Source: Pelagomonas calceolata (Eukaryota). From it: a stretch of 64,000 nt of DNA. Position numbers and translations under genes: made by a program. Of the stretch, positions 41,438 through 53,340 are shown in pieces (the first letter of the stretch is position 1; every line of letters starts with the position of its first letter). The stretch covers positions 4,960,001 to 5,024,000 of the forward strand of contig CAKKNE010000001.1 of assembly GCA_918797485.1 (NCBI GenBank), read 5' to 3'. The notes beneath the pieces are model-generated. The model was not told where the DNA came from. It did no database searches and saw only the letters and a list, made by a program, of their open reading frames with translations.

Positions 41438-42031
41438 CTAGGCGATGTCCGTGCCCGGGAAGATGGTCACCTCGCCGTTGACGGCGTCCTGCATCATGAG
41501 GCCGAGCACGCCGAACATGGCGGCGCGGCCGTTCTGGAGCTCCATGTTCAGCTTCGACTTCTTCTCGTCGGCGCTCTGGATCTGCTTGCCGAAGTAGGGC
41601 CAGCCGAAGTCGCCCGCGAACTCGCTCCGCGTCGCCGCGAAGGGGCCGGCCTCGAGCCAGCCGACGACCATGATCATCTGGAACCAGCCGAGCCCGGGCA
41701 CGACGGGCAGCGCGTTGAGGCCGTTCGGCACGTCCTCGAACTTCAAATCGTTCGTCGGGCTCAGGTAGCCGGGCCACTTGTAGACCTCGGGCACGAGGTA
41801 GCCGACGAAGCCGGCCATCGCGACGCGGCCGTGCTTGAGCTCCGTGATGCGGCGGCGCTCGAAGTCCTCGGCCGAGCCCTTGGCCGCGAGGCCGAGCGGG
41901 TCGAAGAAGCCGAGCGGCGGCAGGACACCAAGCTCCGTGTCGAGCGCCTTCACGACCGTCCTCTGGGCCTTCGGCGCGGCGGGGGCGACGAGCGCGCTGG
42001 CGCCGGCGGCGAGCGCGAGGACCGTCTTCAT
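41438..42031 (-). CDS. fucoxanthin-chlorophyll a/c binding protein (LHC)
   Basis: ELGVLPPLGFFDPLGL, ELKHGRVAM, ELQNGRAAM; signal peptide with ASA-L. Confidence 0.95.
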   Translation of the reverse strand: MKTVLALAAGASALVAPAAPKAQRTVVKALDTELGVLPPLGFFDPLGLAAKGSAEDFERRRITELKHGRVAMAGFVGYLVPEVYKWPGYLSPTNDLKFEDVPNGLNALPVVPGLGWFQMIMVVGWLEAGPFAATRSEFAGDFGWPYFGKQIQSADEKKSKLNMELQNGRAAMFGVLGLMMQDAVNGEVTIFPGTDIA

Positions 42032-42870
42032 CGTTGCGATCTGCGCGCGGGGGGGAAGCGGGTGAGCCGACCGCCGCGGGATGGCGTGGGAGGGTTTTAT
42101 TCGGGGGTTGGGTGCTGAGCGCTGCTGCGCCGTGTGCCGGGTTGGGGGAAGGGGCTGCGCGTCGCGCCGACCGGCGGCCACCTCTCGGAGGCGGCCCGAC
42201 GCCATCGGTCCGGACCGCCCTCGATCGGCGGCCGCGGTCGGCAGCGAAAGATCTCTGGGGAGGAAGCGCTGCCGGAAAGCAGCGCGCGCGGCCAACAGCT
42301 ACCATCACAAACGCTCGCGGCCAGCGCCGAGGGTCCACGCCAGCGACGTCGCGCAGCGATCCACTGCTAGCTTCGATGGTCGCTGGGCTTATACGTGGCC
42401 GTCGGTGCGGATCTCGAGCCGTTGGCTCGCAAGCGTGATGTGATGGTGCCAAAGGTACGCCAACGTGCCTCAGGTTAGCTGGAAACGCGGAAGGTTGCGT
42501 GCTCACCTTAGCTGAACTCACGAGATATCAAAGGCAAAAACGAGCTAGGACGCCCTTCCAGATCCGAGAAATACGGCTCCGAGAGGCCTACGGAATGCTG
42601 CATAGAAAGACAGGGACGTGGAAAAGTCGGAAAAAAAATTGCCAGGTTATAGACATACTAGGATTTCATTTGAGCTGCCAAAGCCGCGGTGACCCAAACG
42701 CGGTCCATTTGTCACACCTGGCTTAGCGAGTTACGCCACGCACCCATACGTGTATCGCGTGCAGCACGACGTCGAAATCCGCAGTGATTTCGGCGCGATA
42801 GCGGTGATATACGAGATCCAGAGCTCCAGAGCTGGGCACCGGTACGACGTCGCAATCACACGCAGCCATC

Positions 42871-43482
42871 ATGGGGCTAGAGCTGGGCCCAAAGACGCTC
42901 TCCAGCCCAGCGCGGCGCTCGCGCGAGTCCATCGACAAGGCCGAAAAAATATTGGCGCGCGTCCGGCGCGGGCGAGCTGCGGCCGCCGGCTCGCCGACGC
43001 CAGCGGCATCGCCCTACCGAAACGTCCTGCGCGAACGCGTCGACACGCTGCACAAACGGCTGAGCGAGGGCGGCGCGCCGACGCCGGCGCCCGACGACGA
43101 CGACGCCGCGACGCTGTCGCCGGGCGGCAAGCTGCGCGCGGAGCTGAGCCGGCGGGCGTCGGAGCGCGTGGCCGTCGCCGTGAGCGACATGCGCCAAAAG
43201 CTGGCCGAACTCGACGGCGCAGCAGTCCCGGAGTCGGACGTCGCGCGCGCCGTCGGCGAGCTGTCGGCGGCGGTCAAGCGGCTGGGCGACGACCAGGCGC
43301 GGGCCCACGCTATAGCGGCCGCGGACCGGCAACGGATCCTCAAGGCGAGCCAAGCGGCGCTCTGGCGCTCGAACGTCGCCTTGTTTCTCAGCGCCCAGCT
43401 CTACGCGCTCGCACTCGGGGCGCTATACTTTTCGCTCCCGGCGGGATTCTTCGACGCGGGAGGTGTCGCGCTGACGTCATAA
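42871..43482 (+). CDS. hypothetical coiled-coil protein with C-terminal TM segment
   Basis: 203-aa ORF with a hydrophobic C-terminus. Confidence 0.55.
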   Translation: MGLELGPKTLSSPARRSRESIDKAEKILARVRRGRAAAAGSPTPAASPYRNVLRERVDTLHKRLSEGGAPTPAPDDDDAATLSPGGKLRAELSRRASERVAVAVSDMRQKLAELDGAAVPESDVARAVGELSAAVKRLGDDQARAHAIAAADRQRILKASQAALWRSNVALFLSAQLYALALGALYFSLPAGFFDAGGVALTS

Positions 43483-43498
43483 GTACAATAATAGACAC

Positions 43499-45211
43499 TT
43501 AACCACCCTCCGCCGCCAACCCATCACACAACGCCTCCAGCCGCCGCAGCGCCAACGCGAGCCGCTCGGCCGTCGTCCGCGCGTCGAGGACGGGCTGCGC
43601 CTGGCCGCCGACGACGGCCCAGACGGCGTAGCTCAGGCGCGCGGCGCGGCGGTGCGCCGGGTAGCCGCCCGGGGGGGTCGTGTAGCGGCGATTAAATGGG
43701 TCCGGCGGCGCCACGTTGGAAGCGAGCCGCGCTGCGACGGCCGTCAGCGCGAAGTCCGCGGGCCAGTCTCCGTCCGGTGGCAATAGCCCTAGAATTTGAG
43801 ATGGCACGGGCACCTGTGTGTAAATCAACCAGTGTGTCGGGTGCACCCGATAATTCTTCACTAAGTCATTTCTCGGCGAAGACGTGGCCGCTGGCTCTGT
43901 CGAGCGGTGAGAAACCGACACCGCCACGCTATCGAGCAGGCGTCGCGTCGATGGCGTGGAGGTGGACGCGGTGATTCAGGACGAACGCGCCATAAATTTG
44001 ATGTCCACGCTGACGGGCACGGCCGTCGGCGAGACGCTGGACAGCCGCCGCAGGAGCTCGTCGAGCTTCAGCCAGACGTCGCGCTCGCGCTCCGCGAGCA
44101 GCGACGCGTCCGCCGCGTCGGCGGCGTTCCGCGCGTCGGCGTCGACCGACAGCGGCGCCGCGTAGATTCCTTCCAGTCCTTCCCCGTCCCACGCCGTCGC
44201 CGCGGCCACGTCGAACTGGCACACGGGCGCGACGTCGGCCGATTCCGGCGGCGGCAAGAATTCAACTCTTGCAAACGCCTCGTCCTCCAGCAGCGCCGCG
44301 GACCAGCACTCCGGGAACGCGGACGTCCCCCCAAAGTGCGAGAAGGCCTCGCCTGTGTGGGCATCAAATTTCGGGCGCCCCACGCCATCGACGCGATATT
44401 TTCTCCGTAGCTGCGTCTGCTCGATGGCGTGAAAATTCCACACAGCCATCGACCGTCCGGGATTATCCGGATGTCCGCGCGCGCGTAGGGCATGTTCCGC
44501 AGCGCCTTCTCGACCCTGCACCGCGCCAGACCCTGGACCCAGACGGCCCAGCGGTTGTCCGGCTGCTTCTCGTAGCGCGCGACGCGCATGAGCGTGCCGG
44601 TGCGCGGCGCCAAGGACGTCTCGTTCTTCAGATCATAATCAGGGTTGCCGATGTTGTCGCGCCCGCCGGGGAGCTGCACATGCGCGTAGAGCCAGGGCTC
44701 CGGGCCGCGGACGAGTTCCTCGAACATGTGGGTGTACTGCGGCTGCCAGACATTTAGTATGGTCCTGTGTGGAAATCAACATTTGCGGCGCGTTCACGCC
44801 ATCGACGCGATGCCTGCTCGATGGCGTGGCGATGCCGGTTCCCTCACCGCTCGACGGAGCCTGGAATTATCGCGTGCACCCGACGCACTGGTTGATTATC
44901 CACACAGGTATGGGCTGCTGGTGCGGCAATAAATGCATGCTCCATCTACATAACGGCACGTCCTTGATCAACCCGAACTCGTTGGCCGTCGCGACGAGCC
45001 GCGCGTCGCTCGCCGCGGCGTCGCGGAACGTATCCTCGCTCCCGCCGCCGTAAAACGCGCGTTTCAGCGCCTCGATGTCTTCATTCCTTTGCGTGTCCTG
45101 ACCGCCGTAGAGGTCGGCCTGGCGCCGCGTGTGCTGGCGCGACAGCGTCCTGTGGTGCTGCCAGGCTGCCGCACGAATGCTCGCCGACGCGACAGCGATG
45201 AGGCGCAGCAT
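43499..45211 (-). CDS. LON substrate-binding (PUA-like) domain protein; 4 exons separated by three introners
   Basis: Spliced LLPHQQ|TILNVWQPQYTHMFE, GTLMRV, VWVQGLAR, PYARAD; signal peptide. Confidence 0.75.
43814..44020 (-). mobile_element. introner, GT-AG intron (207 nt)
   Basis: Perfect 8-bp TSD ACGGGCAC at 43806-43813 and 44013-44020; TIRs present. Confidence 0.92.
44353..44453 (-). mobile_element. introner, GT-AG intron (101 nt)
   Basis: CTGTGTGG...TCCACACAG; interior similar to the 34345 copy; splice gives PDG|EAF; TSD eroded. Confidence 0.85.
44765..44915 (-). mobile_element. introner, GC-AG intron (151 nt)
   Basis: TSD GTATGGTC/GTATGGGC (7/8); TIRs present. Confidence 0.9.
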
Positions 45212-45293
45212 TTGTGCTTATTTTCTGCTGCAGTGCCACACCGCTAATGCTCGCGCAGCCGAACTCTGCTCCCGCTGCTGCTTTGCTGGATGC

Positions 45294-45315
45294 CTAGTGT
45301 CTTACAGGCCGCTAG
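45294..45315. promoter_or_regulatory. CTAG-TGTSTTAC-Nx-CGCTAG motif
   Basis: CTAGTGTCTTACAGGCCGCTAG between the LON-N and GAF genes. Confidence 0.65.
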
Positions 45316-45516
45316 CTCCATATCAAGCCAACGCAGCGCTCAAGCGTAGCCCACGGACCCGCCAATGCCGTGCGCAACCACCTCGCCGGGGAAACCCGTA
45401 CGCACCATCAGTTTCGAACAGCGGCTGCTGGCCCTTGTGAAAAAGGCTGCCCCACGAGCGGCGCACCGGGAAGGAGGCACCGGCAGCCCCCAGCCACGCG
45501 ACCAAGGCTCGCAGCC

Positions 45517-47001
45517 ATGGCCGCCACGACGGGCGCCGGCGGCAACAGCGACCCCGAGGACGCGTCCGCCTTTTTGACACGGACGAATTTCAAGTCCATC
45601 GTCGAGTGGCTGACGGCGGAAGCCATCCTCAACAGGCCCGAGGACCCCATGACCTACGTGAGGGATTTATGTGATATGAAGCTGTGTGAGCGCGGCGCCG
45701 AGGCGTACGCGGCCGACCACGCCACGAAGTACGTCCAGTCCTGCTACTCGGAGGCGGCTTCACTCGCTGATGAGGACGGGCGGATTTATGGTAAAGTCGT
45801 GAGAGCTCCCAAAGGCGTGGGCGGCGCGAAAGCTGAGAAAATGAGGTTAAAAGCTGAACGATTAGAACGCCTACTAAAAGCAGCAGGAGACATCCAGCGG
45901 TCCATCACACCTAGGGAGGCCTGCGCGAAGGTCGTCCAGGTGGCCTGCGATTTACTGAACGCCGACCGGGCCTCTATTTTTACGGCCCAAGACCCGGAAT
46001 TTAAGGGCGGGCCTCGAGTACTGATGCTGAGAGTCGCGGACGACTCGAACCTACCGACGATCCGAGTGCCCTTCGGCGTGGGCATCGCGGGCACGGTGGC
46101 CGACACGGGCGACGTCTGCAACATTCATGACGCGTATACGGATCCGCGCTTCGATCCCCGAGCGGATAAAGAATCGGGCTACAAGACGCAGAACATTCTG
46201 TGTGCTCCCATACGGGACCATACGAACAGAATTGTGGGCGTCATCCAAGTGATCAACAAGAACACGGGGCCCTTCACGGACGATGATGAAGATGTGCTCG
46301 GCGTGTTGTCTACGCTCGCCGCGGCATCGCTGCGGAACGCTGATCTCTACGATGCTGCTGTCAGTGCTCGAACGAGGGCCGACGCGACCATGGACTTGGT
46401 GAAGACTTTATATGATAACCTAGGTGTCAATAGCGTCGTACATACGCTCACCAATAGGCTACCGGACGTCATCGACTGCGATCGGTGCACGGTCTTCGTG
46501 ATCGATTCCTCATCGGATGAAATGTGGGCGCTGCAGGGCGACGTGAACGTCAAGTTCCCCCTCGACGCGCCCGGGTTGGCCCCGACGTGCGGGAGAGAGG
46601 TAGAGGTGATTAACATCCCCGACGCCTACAAGGACCATCGCTTCAACCAGAATATCGACAAGCAGACGAACTACACGACGAAGAGCATTTTGTGCCACCC
46701 CGTCTGCGCCGACAGCGGCGAGACGTGCGTCGGCGTCGTGCAACTCATCAACAAGAACAACGGCGCGCCCTTCACGGTCGAGGACGAAAAACTCTTAGCG
46801 GCGTTCTTGTCGATCGTCGGCGAGATCCTGAAGCGGCTGACCATGTCCAAATCCCCGAAAAAGAAGAAGCACGTCATGGACGACGACGAGGGCCTGGACG
46901 CGGACTTGGTTTCTCGTCCTTCAGAAGGCGCCGAGAAGCTCGACGCCTTCGACGAGGACGAGGAGGGGTCCGACGAGGGCGACGACGCCGAGGAGGACTA
47001 G
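45517..47001 (+). CDS. tandem GAF domain protein with RIIa/Dpy-30-like N-terminus and no PDE catalytic domain
   Basis: AILNRPEDP; two GAF domains with NI.DAY.D.RF...D..Y.T..ILC.P and Q.INK..PFT.DE. Confidence 0.85.
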   Translation: MAATTGAGGNSDPEDASAFLTRTNFKSIVEWLTAEAILNRPEDPMTYVRDLCDMKLCERGAEAYAADHATKYVQSCYSEAASLADEDGRIYGKVVRAPKGVGGAKAEKMRLKAERLERLLKAAGDIQRSITPREACAKVVQVACDLLNADRASIFTAQDPEFKGGPRVLMLRVADDSNLPTIRVPFGVGIAGTVADTGDVCNIHDAYTDPRFDPRADKESGYKTQNILCAPIRDHTNRIVGVIQVINKNTGPFTDDDEDVLGVLSTLAAASLRNADLYDAAVSARTRADATMDLVKTLYDNLGVNSVVHTLTNRLPDVIDCDRCTVFVIDSSSDEMWALQGDVNVKFPLDAPGLAPTCGREVEVINIPDAYKDHRFNQNIDKQTNYTTKSILCHPVCADSGETCVGVVQLINKNNGAPFTVEDEKLLAAFLSIVGEILKRLTMSKSPKKKKHVMDDDEGLDADLVSRPSEGAEKLDAFDEDEEGSDEGDDAEED

Positions 47002-47007
47002 GCGCGG

Positions 47008-47027
47008 CTAGCGGTGTAAGACACTAG
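47008..47027. promoter_or_regulatory. CTAG-TGTSTTAC-Nx-CGCTAG motif (reverse)
   Basis: CTAGCGGTGTAAGACACTAG about 200 bp upstream of TRAPPC1. Confidence 0.65.
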
Positions 47028-47230
47028 CATGCATGCCGTCCGGTGCCGGCGCCGTGATTTGGCACGAGCGTACAATACAATCAGCTATACAGTGATTCAT
47101 ACTACTCAGTGCCTTTCGCTCTCGAGCTGTGTCAAGCTCTGCCGCTGAGCACTAAGGTTTGCAACACCCATACCTGCTTACCACACGCGCACGCGGCGCG
47201 CCAGCCGATACCAAGCGCACCGCTGCGGCG

Positions 47231-47677
47231 ATGGTCCTCTACTCGCTCCACGTCTTCGACCGGTCCGGCCGCTGCCTTTTTGATAGGGAGTGGAACGGCC
47301 CGAGGCGCGACGACGGCAGCGGCGAGCACCCGCGCCTCGTCTTCGGCATGCTCCACTCGCTCGGCGAGGTGTCGAACAAGCTCGCGCCGCGGGGCCGCGC
47401 GCCCGACGGCCACATCACGGTGCGGACGGACAGCTACGCGCTGCACGCCTTCGAGGCGCTCTCGGGCTACCGCTTCGTGCTGCTCGCGGACGCGGAGTTC
47501 AAGGGCGACCCGCGCGCGGTGCTCTTCCACGTCTACGCCCAGCTCTGGGTCGAGTGCGTCGTCAAGTCGCCGGTGCAGGACCCGACGTCGGGCGGCCGCG
47601 TCGGCTCGCCGCTCTTCGAGCAGCAGCTGGACAAGTACGTCGGCGGGCTCGACGGGGGGGCGGCTACTAAGACATAG
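47231..47677 (+). CDS. TRAPPC1: TRAPP complex small subunit (Bet5/TRAPPC1, sybindin family)
   Basis: YSLHVFDRSGRCLF.REW, LVFGML.SL, RT.SY.LH.FE..SGYRFVL, VVKSP. Confidence 0.85.
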   Translation: MVLYSLHVFDRSGRCLFDREWNGPRRDDGSGEHPRLVFGMLHSLGEVSNKLAPRGRAPDGHITVRTDSYALHAFEALSGYRFVLLADAEFKGDPRAVLFHVYAQLWVECVVKSPVQDPTSGGRVGSPLFEQQLDKYVGGLDGGAATKT

Positions 47678-47896
47678 TGTGTTTTCTATTTTTTTTTCCT
47701 CGAGGGGCTTTGTCATAATTTTTAGGCATACAAGGTCGTTATGTACATGGTTTGGGGCAGCGCATGCGGCGGGGTCGCGGAACAGCTCCTATTTTATTTT
47801 GTTTTTTTTGGTTTTTTTGGCGTTCTCGTCGGTCGCTCTCGGCACGTACATCCGCTTTTCTTGGCGCGGCGACGGCACTGCCCCGAGGTCGTGGAC

Positions 47897-48442
47897 CTAC
47901 GTGCAGCACGCGAAGCATTCGGCCACACCGGGGTCCGGCAGACCAATATGCGTGCAACCGGTATGCTCCGGATTCCCGTTGCACTTCTCACAGGTCGGGC
48001 CCCACGAATCAAAGTTGCAGAACCAGCCGGGCTTGCACGGAGCGTCACCACAAGCGATCTTCGAGCCTTTCTTGGTCCATTGATTCTGTCCGGCGTGGCA
48101 CTTCTTGGGTACACACTTATGAGAATAGATCCATTTGCAGTTTGCATCGTTGCAAGTGTGCGGTTCTTCGTTGCCGTTTGCTGATTTGAGATCCTTGGGC
48201 CCGTAGCAAGAGTCCTTAGAGGGCTTCAAGTTGTACCCCCCCCACATATGATCACCGAATAACTTCGACATCATTCCAGTGGATGCGACCTCGGGGGAGG
48301 TCGCCGTGACCGCGAGCGCGCCGAGGGCGAAGGAGGCCAGAGCGGCGCCGAGGACGACGTACTTGCGGCTCGACTTCTTGATGGGCTCCTGGAGGAGCGG
48401 CTCCTCGGCGGCGGGGGCCGGGACGGTGTTGTAGGAAGCCAT
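47897..48442 (-). CDS. small type II membrane protein with Cys-rich C-terminal domain
   Basis: MASYNTVP..EEPLL..YVVLGAALASFALGALAV followed by many Cys residues. Confidence 0.65.
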   Translation of the reverse strand: MASYNTVPAPAAEEPLLQEPIKKSSRKYVVLGAALASFALGALAVTATSPEVASTGMMSKLFGDHMWGGYNLKPSKDSCYGPKDLKSANGNEEPHTCNDANCKWIYSHKCVPKKCHAGQNQWTKKGSKIACGDAPCKPGWFCNFDSWGPTCEKCNGNPEHTGCTHIGLPDPGVAECFACCT

Positions 48443-48697
48443 CGCTGCCTGCGCGGCACGGTTTACGTTATAAGCGCGACGAACGCGGCCGTCGACGAAA
48501 GGACCAGCGTGGCGACAAGCTCTTTTTGGGGGGGTGCCGCTCGCGCCGACGACGCATCGAGGACGCGCGAAGGCCGAAACGCCGCCGCGCGGCGCGCGAT
48601 GGCTGGCGGTGAAGTTGTGGTGTGTTGCAGCCAAGCAGCCCCCGCGCCCGCTCCGCGACAGAGCCCTACTAGCAGTAAACACAAGAAGGGTCGTTAT

Positions 48698-51600
48698 TCA
48701 GCGAAACCGCGCCAAAAACGTCCGCACCTCCATCGGCCGCAGCGTGAGCGAGGGGTAGGCGAAGGGCGTCCGCGCCGTGAAGGCCCCGTCCTCTGCCGCC
48801 ACCTCTGTCTTCCACGTCAGCCGCGCGGCCGGCGCCGCGTTCGCCGTCAGCGTCGTTTCCACGGCGGACGTGATCGCGAGGCCGGGACGTCTGAAGTAGC
48901 GCGTCAGGTCGATGGTAACAGGTTGGGCCAGGTCGTCCGCCGTCTCCCCGGCCTCGTAGACGTGGGCCAGCCGTAATAACCACTGGCCGTTGTGCGCTTG
49001 GGCGTAGTTCGACGTCAGCGTCACGAGTTTCACGTTCGGCGGCAGTGGCTCGGCCAGGACCGTCCGCGACGGCGTCTTGAACGGCGTCCCGAGACGCGCG
49101 AACGCGAGCGCGGGAGGCTGCTGGACCTCCTCCATCAGCCGGCGCCGCAACGCGCGCGCCCGTTGCACCTCATCAAACACCAGCAGATGTCGACCTCGAA
49201 CCGTCAATCCCGCGCAAAAGCAGCCGCCGTCGCCCTCGTGCCCGTGCGCGCCCATGGCGCCCGGCGCCGCGCGGATGTCGTTGCAGCCGCACATTGTTTC
49301 ATTTAACGGTTCCTGCACGCCCCGGTTGTCGTCCTCCTGGAGGCGGCGGTGGACCATGAACTCGAGCGATCCACTCGCAAGTGACGCGCCGCCCAGGGAC
49401 CTGTGTGGACATCGACCAGTAGCTGTCGCGTCGATGGCGTAGAGGTTGATTTCCACACGGCCAGTGACGTGTCGACAATCACATCGAACTCGACGCAGTC
49501 GTCGTTGATCGACGCGAGGGCGTTCACGGGGTAGTAGTTCCCCGCGACGGGCTCCGAGATCTTGTAGGGCGAAGGGTAGGACGGGCCGCGCTTGTCTCGA
49601 ACGCGTTTCACGGTCTCTCGGCCGTTGCTATCCGTGTAGAAGACGCCCCCCGACGCGACGGCCGTGTCGTACCTCAGGACCACTTCCTTGCCCCAGTTGG
49701 CATCGGGCGCGAGCCAGGGCGTGTCCACGGGAATGGGCCCGGCCGTCCACTCGACCTCCACGTGTGCGTTGTCCTTGCCCAGGCGTATGGTATGAGAAGT
49801 GAACGGCGACCCGCGCAGTCGCACTTCGGCATATACACTTCCGGTTTCGACGGCCATTTGCGGCACAAAGGAAGGATCAAAGCCATACAGCTCCGACGAG
49901 TTCGGCCGGAAGATGTACGCGCCCGACGCCTGCGACGAGCAGGCCGGCTCTAGGTCAGAGAGCGTGTCGGGGTACGGCGTGCAGCCCCCGGTCGACGAGT
50001 TGTACCAGCCCCAGGTCAATTTTAGGGAGGTCGTCGTCCGCGACGCCAAGTTCTCTATCGTTGTAAGTGCCTTCGTGGCCGTGCAGAACGTCAACCGCAA
50101 GAGGCCGTTGTCCACAATTAGGTTATCACCGTCCCGCGTCACTGTGATGGATGATGACGGCTCGGAAGCGCCGGGCCCGCACGCCGCCGTCGCGGCGCCC
50201 GTCGCTTTTATTGGCAGAGATACGGCGAGGACCGCCGTCGCCTCGTTCGTGAGCGCGGCGTCGGCCGCCCTATACTCTTCCTTCGTGAGATTGAACGAAT
50301 TGAGGTAGAGCCGCGGCAGTTCCCTTGTTCTTTGATCCAATGCCAGAATCTGGGAGGCGAGGGCCTTTCCGGAAGCGTCCTTGCAGCGCCACGGGCCGTC
50401 ACTCACGATAGGTACCCGCAAAACATGATCAACGTCCTGGCCGAGCGGGCTGAAGGCCGCCACTGAGAACCCGTGATGCGTAGCGGAACAGGTCGACGCG
50501 TTCAAACCTGTGTGGAAATCAACCAATGCGTCGGGTGCAATCGGCGATGACGCGGCCGTGCTGGCCCCGTTGAGCGGTGAAGAACCGGCATCGCCACGCC
50601 ATCGAGCAGGGAAACGCGCTGTAAAATTTTGATTTCCACGCAGGTTCAAACAGGACATGGGCCCGCTATTGCAGTTGCAGTGGTCAAACGCCTCGCGTCC
50701 GACGCCGAGCAGCCGACCAAAGGCCACCGCCACACCAGCTTCCGCTTCTAGAGCTGACTCCGTGATCCTTTGGGCATAATCATCCGTAACATCTTGCCGC
50801 TCCGTGCCCGACATGCCGTCGTGGTGCGTGGCCACGCCGACCGTGCCCTCGAGAGCGTCGGTCCAGGAGTCGCCGACGACGGGCTCCTTCTTGTAGGTCG
50901 GTCGATTCACATCTTTCTTGGACGTGTTCGTGACGACCTCCAGTAACCGCGCCGATTCTAAATAGGAAGTGGCGAACCGGACCTGCCTTTTCAACGCCGG
51001 CCGCGACGTGAAGTAGCCGCTCCAGTAGTTGTGCGCGTTGTCCGCCAGGGGCATGATGTCATCTTGTCTTAGTTCATAGGTCACGGACCTATTACGATGC
51101 TTCAAATCCGTATACAGGGTAGGTGTGGAATAAAAGGCATTCACAGAACCATTCAAATTCACATAATGGATCAGCTTGTCCAAATTCCTATACCATCGAT
51201 CGGCGTTTTGATATTGAAAGTCCGTGCCGCAGGCCCACAATTGATGTAGTGTTAAAGTATGCTTCGCCTGCTCCCTGGCATCTTGCACAAACTTGTCGAC
51301 CCACTGGTCGACGTTGTAGTCGTGTCTTGAAGGGTCGTCGTTCACTTGTTGCGTCTCGTCGTCGAAATTCAGCCACGTACTGTAGCCGCCCTGCCCCGTG
51401 CCGTACAAATCCCCCGCGAAGACGTCCGCGCTCGAACCTAGGGACTTGCTGCCGCGCCAGACCCACTCGAAGCCGCCCGTCGGCGGTTTTACGGACTGTT
51501 TTCTTCCATACCTCATTTCTCGGTCCTGGTAGTCCATGCGCCCCCAAAATAACGACGTCATGCCCGCCTCCGCCCCTAACAACCAGGCCTGCGTGTTCGT

Positions 51601-52236
51601 GTGCCCGAAGGGGTCGATCTGCCACGTGCCTTTTGGGTTCGCTTGAGCACCAAAGGTCTTGAAGAGCCACTGGTGGCCTCTTGTGGTTTGATCGACCATC
51701 GCCGTCCAGAGCGGACTCGCCTCGTCGTGCATGCACCAGCCCCCGTTGATGAACTCGAGCTGCTTGTTGCGTACGAGGGATTTGGCTCTACTTCTCTTAA
51801 AGTCATCAGCTTGCTCCCACCACCGGGCAAAAAACGCCGTCTCGACATAGATGAATTTCCGATTCGCATCCTGCGCGAGCTGCTCCGTCAAGGTATCGAT
51901 GATCCAGTAGACCTCCCTACTAAAATACTGGTCCACAGTAACCTGCCAGCCCGTGTCGTCGTGCGAATGCGGCACGAGGTGGACGTTGATCTTGCCTTCG
52001 ACGGGTCCTCCCTTCGTGTTATATACTCTGTTTGTAGGTGGCGTGTATGGTGGTGCTGTGGTGCGATCGCCGGTCGACCAGAAGGCGTACGAGGGGGCGC
52101 GGTCGCCTAGTTTACCGGAATCCGTGACGGCGAGCTCTTCCTGGGCTAATCCCGCAATCACGTGGCCGCTGGCGTCGTGGCGGCCGTTCGCGGCCGCGCG
52201 CCCGATCGCGGCGACGGCGACGAGGGAGCGCAGCAT
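48698..52236 (-). CDS. GH38 alpha-mannosidase; introns 50508-50651 and 49401-49468
   Basis: NVHLVPHSHDD.GW, WQIDPFGH, YWSGYFTSRP, HHD, SGAYIFRP, FYTDSNG, EPVAGNYYP, EFMVHRR. Confidence 0.93.
49401..49468 (-). mobile_element. introner, GT-AG intron (68 nt)
   Basis: TSD CCAGGGAC/CCAGTGAC; TIRs; splice restores DT|SLGGASL. Confidence 0.9.
50508..50651 (-). mobile_element. introner, GT-AG intron (144 nt, in frame with no stop codon)
   Basis: Perfect TSD GTTCAAAC; TIRs; splice gives SC|LNASTC. Confidence 0.92.
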
Positions 52237-52392
52237 GGCCTTGGTGTTATGATGCCGCTGCTCGCTCGGGACCAAATGTAAGCTTAGAAATGCGTTGCGC
52301 GGTCACGCTCAGCAGCTATGCAGTTACTGAATCGATACTTTAGCCCACGAATGCCCGCGTTTAAGCCCGCAGTTCCGAGCTCTCGAAGCTTG

Positions 52393-52414
52393 CTAGTGTC
52401 TTACATGCCGCTAG
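52393..52414. promoter_or_regulatory. CTAG-TGTSTTAC-Nx-CGCTAG motif
   Basis: CTAGTGTCTTACATGCCGCTAG between the mannosidase and LURP genes. Confidence 0.65.
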
Positions 52415-52508
52415 CTTCGCTCTCGCGTGATTTGCCCTGGACGGCACACAGACATCTCCTGCTATCCGCAAGCTGCCAGTACCTCGACGATCAACAGCTT
52501 TTGCCGCC

Positions 52509-53339
52509 ATGAAAGTCTCGGCTGCATTGCTGGCCGTGCAATGCACAGCAATGGTCTTCTCGGATTTCAACCCTTTAGGACCTAAGCTCAAGTCGCAGAA
52601 CCCACCAAAATACGCCTTGACGGCGCCGACGACGAGCACGCAGGGCTACGCAGTCCGCGAGAAGATGCTGTCCATCTCCGGCGAAGATTTCTACGTCGAG
52701 CGGGAAGGCGGCGGGAGAGCGTTTGATATTGTGGGAAGCAACAAGGTGCCGTTCGGCGTCGGGGGCTTCGTGCTCGACAAGATGGAATTGAGGGCTGGTG
52801 GAAAACTCTGCGGCAGCATCGAGCGGCGAGCCGTCGCCATGGCCACGGCGTATGATATCTATCTCAAAGGAGACTGCATCGCGAAGATTGAAAAAGATAT
52901 CGTCTCGCTGACGCCGTCGTACAAATTCTTCTACGAGGCGGGGAACTGTGCGCAAATCAACCCCCGATAATTCTTTGAACCCACACTGCCACGCCGTCGA
53001 GAAGCGCCGCGACGTTTGATTTATGCACAGGCGGAAAACAACGGCAACCCCTGCTACCGCGCGACGGGGTCCTTCTCGCAGCGGAAGTACGACATCTACG
53101 CGAGGGACGGGAGCGAAGTAGCGACGATCGGCCGCCAACTGCTGGAGCTCATGCCCGATAAAGCGGACACGTATCACGTCAAATGCGCGGCCGGCGTGGA
53201 TCCGGCGGCGATCATTGCTCTGGCGCTCGTGATCGACGAGGACCACGACGAGAGCGACGCGGCGCGCGACGCGCGGCGGAAAGAGGGCGGCGACGACGGC
53301 GGGGGGATGTTCGGATTTTTCAAAGGGCCGCTCGGGTAA
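52509..53339 (+). CDS. LURP-one-related/tubby C-like protein; intron 52938-53030
   Basis: VREKMLSISGEDFYV, GSFSQRKYDI, DTYHV..AAGVD.A.IIAL.LVIDE. Confidence 0.8.
52938..53030 (+). mobile_element. introner, GC-AG intron (93 nt)
   Basis: TSD GCGGGGAA/GCGGAAAA; CTGTGCGCAAATCAA...TTGATTTATGCACAG. Confidence 0.85.
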
Positions 53340-53340
53340 G

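Noticed and set aside
49303..49468. C-terminus of the 990-aa mannosidase ORF (and of the 1780-aa ABCA ORF) as given in the track
   Set aside because: Read-through into introners; the true frames resume after splicing
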